IMG/VR virus record: IMGVR_UViG_3300020455_000012
Location: 6,836 to 70,835 of that record
Length of the DNA stretch: 64,000 nucleotides
From: a virus
Direction: 5' to 3' (one strand)
Below, in pieces: positions 60,301 through 64,000 of this stretch. Made by a program: the position numbers and the translations under genes. The notes beneath the pieces are model-generated. The model made no database searches, was not told where the DNA came from, and was given only the letters and a program-made list of their open reading frames with translations. Within the stretch, counting starts at the first letter, position 1; each line of letters opens with the position of its first letter.

Positions 60301-63300
60301 ATATCACAACTGTAGATTCTTATTCGAGTTTTAATTATACAACTCAAATTCAATTAGTAAATGGTAATAGAAATACTGATTTAATTGATATTAGACCACG
60401 AGTTTCTGATTATAGTATATCTGAAGGTTCCAGATCTCCTCTTGAATTTTATGGAAGAACATTTGATGCTTCTGGTAATTCAGCAGCAAATATTTTGGCT
60501 TCTGATGAAACTATAATCACTGATTTTTCATGGTATCTTGGTAGGGTAGATACGATTTATCTTACTAAAGATGGGAAATTCCAAGTTAAGTATGGAGAAC
60601 CTTCTGAACAACCAAAAGAACCTGTTACAGTTGATGATGCATTAAAGATTGCTACTGCGTATCTTCCACCTTATCTTTATGATACGTCAAATGTTTCTTT
60701 AAATTTCTTAGAATATAAGAGATATACGATGTCCGATATTAAAGGACTTGAAAATAGAATTAAATCTCTTGAATATTATACTTCTCTTTCTTTATTAGAA
60801 GCAAATACTGCTAGTCTATTTCTTCCTGATTCTGGGGGTATAAACAGATTTAAATCAGGATTCTTTGTAGATAACTTTACTTCATTCTTAACACAATCTA
60901 CTCTTGTAGAATATAAGAATAGTATTGATAGAAGTAAGCAAGAATTAAGACCTAATCATTATACTACTGCTGTAGACGTTGAATTAGGCCCTGTTGAAAA
61001 TGTAAGTGCTAATAGAGATTTAGAGTTTGCTGCACCACAAGGAACAAATGTTAAAAAGACAGGAGATGTTATAAGTTTAAATTATAATCAAGTTGAATGG
61101 TTAAAACAGGTTTCGGCTACAAGATCTGAGAGTGTAACTCCCTTTATAGTAAGTTTCTGGAGAGGTAATATAAACCTTACTCCTGCATCAGATAACTGGG
61201 TTGATACAGAAAGACTTGATGCAAATATTATTAATGTAGAAGGTGATTTTACTCAACAAGTGGAAGATCTAGGAAGAAGATTTGGTGTAAATCCTCAAAA
61301 TGGATTTGGATCTGTTATTTGGAATTCATGGGAAACAATATGGTCAGGAACAAGTAGAGAGGCAGTGGATATCACTCCTACTTTAAGTATTGAGGAAACT
61401 GGAAGAAGTTCTACTACCATATTCCAAAGATGGACAAGAACTGCAAGAGAAGCATTTGAGATTTCTTCAACAGAACAGCAAAGAAGAACAGGTACACGAG
61501 CTATTGTTACTGAACAATTTGATAGAACTTCGCAAGGAAATAGATTAATAAGTAGAGATTTGATCGCATTTATGAGATCAAGAAATGTTCAATTTATTGC
61601 TAATAGAGTTAAACCTTCTACAAGACAATATGCATTCTTAGATGGAATAGATGTAACCAAATATTGTGTACCCAAATTAATAGAAATTTCTATGGTTTCT
61701 GGTACTTTCCAAGTAGGTGAGAGAATTAATGGCACAACTAGACCTTTAGGAGTATTGCCAATTACGAATGATGATGCTGAAGCATCTATTAGGTTCAGAG
61801 TAGCACAATCCAATCACTTAGAAGGGCCTTACAATTCTCCCACAAGAATTTATGGATCCAATCCATATGGAAATGGTACATTACCTGCTAGTTATTCTAC
61901 TACTTCAACAACAGTAAACGTAGATACTTTCTCTTTAGCAAACCAACCCCAAGGATCATATTGGGGATGGGTAGAAGAGGATATGATATTAGTTGGAGAA
62001 ACTAGTGGAGCAATGGCAACAATTTCTAATGTTAGATTAGTATCCGATATTGGATCTAATCTTATTGGAAGTCTTTTCATACCTAATCCAAATATTAGTA
62101 ATAATCCACGTTTTGAGACTGGAGATAAGGTATTTACTCTAATTAATAATGCCGCAAACAATGTTAATGATGCTCAGTCTAGAGCAGAAAGAACATTCTC
62201 TTCTACTGGAATCTTGGATACTGTTCAAGAAGATATTGTATCCGTCAGAAATGCTATTATTTCAACAGAAACACTTAGTGAAGAACGAACAGTAAGTAAT
62301 GTGATAGGTAGTGAAGTTGTAGAGGGTGAGACTTGGACAGAAGATTGGGAGATTCCTTGGAGAGATCCTTTGGCTCAATCATTTAGAGTTGAAGATGCAA
62401 GTGGTATTTTCTTAACCAGTTGTGATATTTTCTTTGCTTCTAAGGATGATGAAGATTTACCTGTTTACTTTGAGATAAGAACAATGCAGGGTGGTCTTCC
62501 TACTAAAAAGGTTATTCCATTCTCCGAAGTTTCTATATCTCCAGCAGATATTACAACTTCTAATGATGCATCTATTGCCACAACCTTTACATTTAAATCA
62601 CCTATCTATTTGGAAGGTGGAATTGAATATTGTATAGTTCTTCTTTCAGATTCTGCTAAGTATCAAGCTTATATTTCAAGAGTGGGTGAAACAGATTTAT
62701 TAACTCAAACTAATGTTTCTCAACAACCATTCTTAGGATCTTTATTTAAGTCTCAGAATGCGTCTACATGGGAACCAAGTCAGTGGGAAGATCTTAAATT
62801 TACTCTTTATAGAGCGAATTTTGTAACAACTGGATCTTTTGAATTATATAATCCTGAGTTAACTGAAGGAAATCATCAAATTGCTCATCTTTTATCTAAT
62901 CCATTGAATTTGACGGGAAGAAAGATTAAGGTTGGAATTGGATCTACTTTAAATGATACTGATCTTACTGTTGGAAATACGGTTCTTCAACATGGAAGTA
63001 GTGCAACAGGTACATATGTTGGTAATGCAGGAATCGCAACAGGCACTTTAAATATTATTAATGCAGGTATTGGATATACTCCTACATCAGGCACTTATCA
63101 ATTTGATCAGGTTGCTCTTACCAATGTAACGGCAGCTGGAAATGATGCTGTGGCAGACATTACAATTACTAACGGAGTAGCAGTAGCTGCAACTATTTCC
63201 TCCTTTGTTGTTGGTTCTGGTGGTACAGGATATGTTCCAGGCGATGTTCTAGGAATAGGAACTATTGGTAATAATTCATTAGGATTAAATGCTCGACTCT

Positions 63301-64000
63301 CTGTTGTTTCGATTGCAAATACTTCCCAGTTAATTCTTGATAATGTTCAAGGTAACTTTATAACAGGAACGGGAAATACTGTTAAGTATATTAATAGCAC
63401 AGGTCTCACCACTGATCTTAATGGTGCTAATAATGTGGGTGGAAATGTAGTAATTTCTGATATTGAAGTGGTTAATGATGGATTACATATTCTTGTTAAT
63501 CATAAGAATCATGGAATGTACTTTACAGATAATGATGTAACTGTTTCTAAGGTACAAAGTGATCTTATTCCTACAAAACTGGTTAATGATTTAGCAACAT
63601 CAGAAACAGGAAATATAACAGTTAGTAGTGCTACTAATTTTGATGAGTTTGAAAATGTTGGAGTAGGAACTACCAACTATGGTTACTTGAAGATTGGTGA
63701 GGAAATTCTTTCTTATGAGAGTGCTGATGGAACAACAATCGGTATTACTTCAAGAACGATTGATTCAACAACAACCAAGAATTATCTTGCGGGTACTCCA
63801 GTTTATAAGTATGAACTGGGTGGTGTTTCCTTAAGGAGAATTAATAAAACTCACTACTTAGGAAACGTATCAATTGCTAATTCTATTACCTTTGATTCTT
63901 ACAACATCAAACTTGATATGGGATCAAGTGGTCTTGGAAGATCTACTGGTGCAAGTTTCCCTATTCTTTATATGGGTCAAACCAAGTCAGCTGGTGGAGA
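57345..64000 (+). CDS. VrlC/DUF4815-like virion structural protein (3' truncated)
   Basis: MSQETNLNVAPYFDDF...KVLFKPG.PVQAREL; later DPLAQSF and GSLFKSQNASTW; appears open to the window end, hence absent from the ORF track. Confidence 0.85.
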   Translation, partial: MSQETNLNVAPYFDDFNANNDYYKVLFKPGTPVQARELNNLQSILQNQIEQFGQHFFKEGAKVVPGNTTYNTQYYAIELEQNFLGSPVSNYLGQLVGLKITGLSSGVTAIAEKCVLAKNSERGTPTLYLRYLGSDSTNNLSSIFQDNELLSASGDIISGGTTIAAGEAFASTLVTNASSVGSSFSISDGIYFAKGNFVEVKKETLLLDEYSNTPSYRVGLFIDEEIINSDMDPSLNDNAGGFNNFAAPGADRLKITTSLIKKELDDFDDNNFVELGTIENGVLRSKPNTGQYNLLNDELARRTYAESGDYYVRPFGIDVKESLNNYQGNNGVYNTNQLTAAGQIPSDDLALYKISPGRAFVKGYDIETRNSNYLDVSKPRTTKTLEDQGINYNTGATLKLNKVFGTPQIGIGNTYVLSLRDTRVGTAATLPAGKEIGLARVYDFDLESGSYDRANENINEWDVTLYDIQTVTELTLNENITLTVPSHIKGKYSGATAFIKSPVSAGVAVTVYDVQGDFIKNENFIIDGVENTRVAVAVTNYGISDIKSVFGNTNGPDMNTVGAAQTFSADTILTPITSIGVGTISQFKNDAVSGSISTIRSTSPNFPGQIKTGNLIRFSGTNTVDPVLTSVVSVGTTHVVVTGVTTVTGVAQGLLPSSVTQVSDLAVVGADLQKASDVSFYTKLPKDNISNVDLTDASLTIRKTQNVNITGGQLSAAVETSTNETFLPFTASRYSLVRSDGTTEVLTSDKVQINAASNSLQIYGLGGNDDAVLITTIKKLKPKAKIKYRNRVNTLLVDKSTNDASGITTLTANDGLTYGNYPYGTRVQDHDISLNVADALTVYKVYESANTSDPSAPTLTLSSLTGPTGKTADLVIGEKVKGKTSNACAYVAESVTNSQITFLPQNEINFKEGETVVFEESQIEGVVTTIDASSLDISGNFEYQNGQKEDFYNYSVVNRKSDTKAPNKKIKIYFANGYYQSTDDGDITTVDSYSSFNYTTQIQLVNGNRNTDLIDIRPRVSDYSISEGSRSPLEFYGRTFDASGNSAANILASDETIITDFSWYLGRVDTIYLTKDGKFQVKYGEPSEQPKEPVTVDDALKIATAYLPPYLYDTSNVSLNFLEYKRYTMSDIKGLENRIKSLEYYTSLSLLEANTASLFLPDSGGINRFKSGFFVDNFTSFLTQSTLVEYKNSIDRSKQELRPNHYTTAVDVELGPVENVSANRDLEFAAPQGTNVKKTGDVISLNYNQVEWLKQVSATRSESVTPFIVSFWRGNINLTPASDNWVDTERLDANIINVEGDFTQQVEDLGRRFGVNPQNGFGSVIWNSWETIWSGTSREAVDITPTLSIEETGRSSTTIFQRWTRTAREAFEISSTEQQRRTGTRAIVTEQFDRTSQGNRLISRDLIAFMRSRNVQFIANRVKPSTRQYAFLDGIDVTKYCVPKLIEISMVSGTFQVGERINGTTRPLGVLPITNDDAEASIRFRVAQSNHLEGPYNSPTRIYGSNPYGNGTLPASYSTTSTTVNVDTFSLANQPQGSYWGWVEEDMILVGETSGAMATISNVRLVSDIGSNLIGSLFIPNPNISNNPRFETGDKVFTLINNAANNVNDAQSRAERTFSSTGILDTVQEDIVSVRNAIISTETLSEERTVSNVIGSEVVEGETWTEDWEIPWRDPLAQSFRVEDASGIFLTSCDIFFASKDDEDLPVYFEIRTMQGGLPTKKVIPFSEVSISPADITTSNDASIATTFTFKSPIYLEGGIEYCIVLLSDSAKYQAYISRVGETDLLTQTNVSQQPFLGSLFKSQNASTWEPSQWEDLKFTLYRANFVTTGSFELYNPELTEGNHQIAHLLSNPLNLTGRKIKVGIGSTLNDTDLTVGNTVLQHGSSATGTYVGNAGIATGTLNIINAGIGYTPTSGTYQFDQVALTNVTAAGNDAVADITITNGVAVAATISSFVVGSGGTGYVPGDVLGIGTIGNNSLGLNARLSVVSIANTSQLILDNVQGNFITGTGNTVKYINSTGLTTDLNGANNVGGNVVISDIEVVNDGLHILVNHKNHGMYFTDNDVTVSKVQSDLIPTKLVNDLATSETGNITVSSATNFDEFENVGVGTTNYGYLKIGEEILSYESADGTTIGITSRTIDSTTTKNYLAGTPVYKYELGGVSLRRINKTHYLGNVSIANSITFDSYNIKLDMGSSGLGRSTGASFPILYMGQTKSAGG

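Noticed and set aside
615-62161. Many 60-113 aa minus-strand or alternate-frame ORFs in the track
   Set aside because: They lie inside well-supported genes, lack motifs and RBSs, and are likely shadow ORFs
57339-64000. Apparent 6.6-kb non-coding gap in the ORF track
   Set aside because: It is a gene from ATG 57345 whose stop lies beyond the window

Overview
AT-rich segment of a large T4-like cyanomyovirus genome, resembling Prochlorococcus phages of the P-SSM2 type (assignment from gene content, not from a search). Almost all genes lie on the + strand. Four zones: (1) 1-14953, a dense island of modifying enzymes: many 2OG-Fe(II) oxygenases, glycosyltransferases including two GT9/heptosyltransferase-like proteins, a sulfotransferase, and a split ADP-heptose pathway (HldC, HldA, HAD phosphatase, cupin, HldD). 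(2) 15019-24133, an array of late-promoter-driven tail-fibre/RCC1 beta-propeller genes that share near-identical DNA repeats. (3) 24134-37760, an early region of small ORFs with repeated palindrome/hairpin sigma70 promoters, candidate structured RNAs, a DNA methyltransferase and a helicase, ending in a largely non-coding locus packed with TTTTCCACA DnaA boxes. (4) 40531-64000, baseplate genes gp25, gp6, giant gp7, gp8 and a VrlC/DUF4815-like gene cut off by the window end. Best leads: an oriC-like DnaA-box array in a phage, a possible heptosylation/hydroxylation system for virion fibres, recombination-prone RCC1 blade cassettes, and tandem pseudoknot RNAs behind an early promoter.
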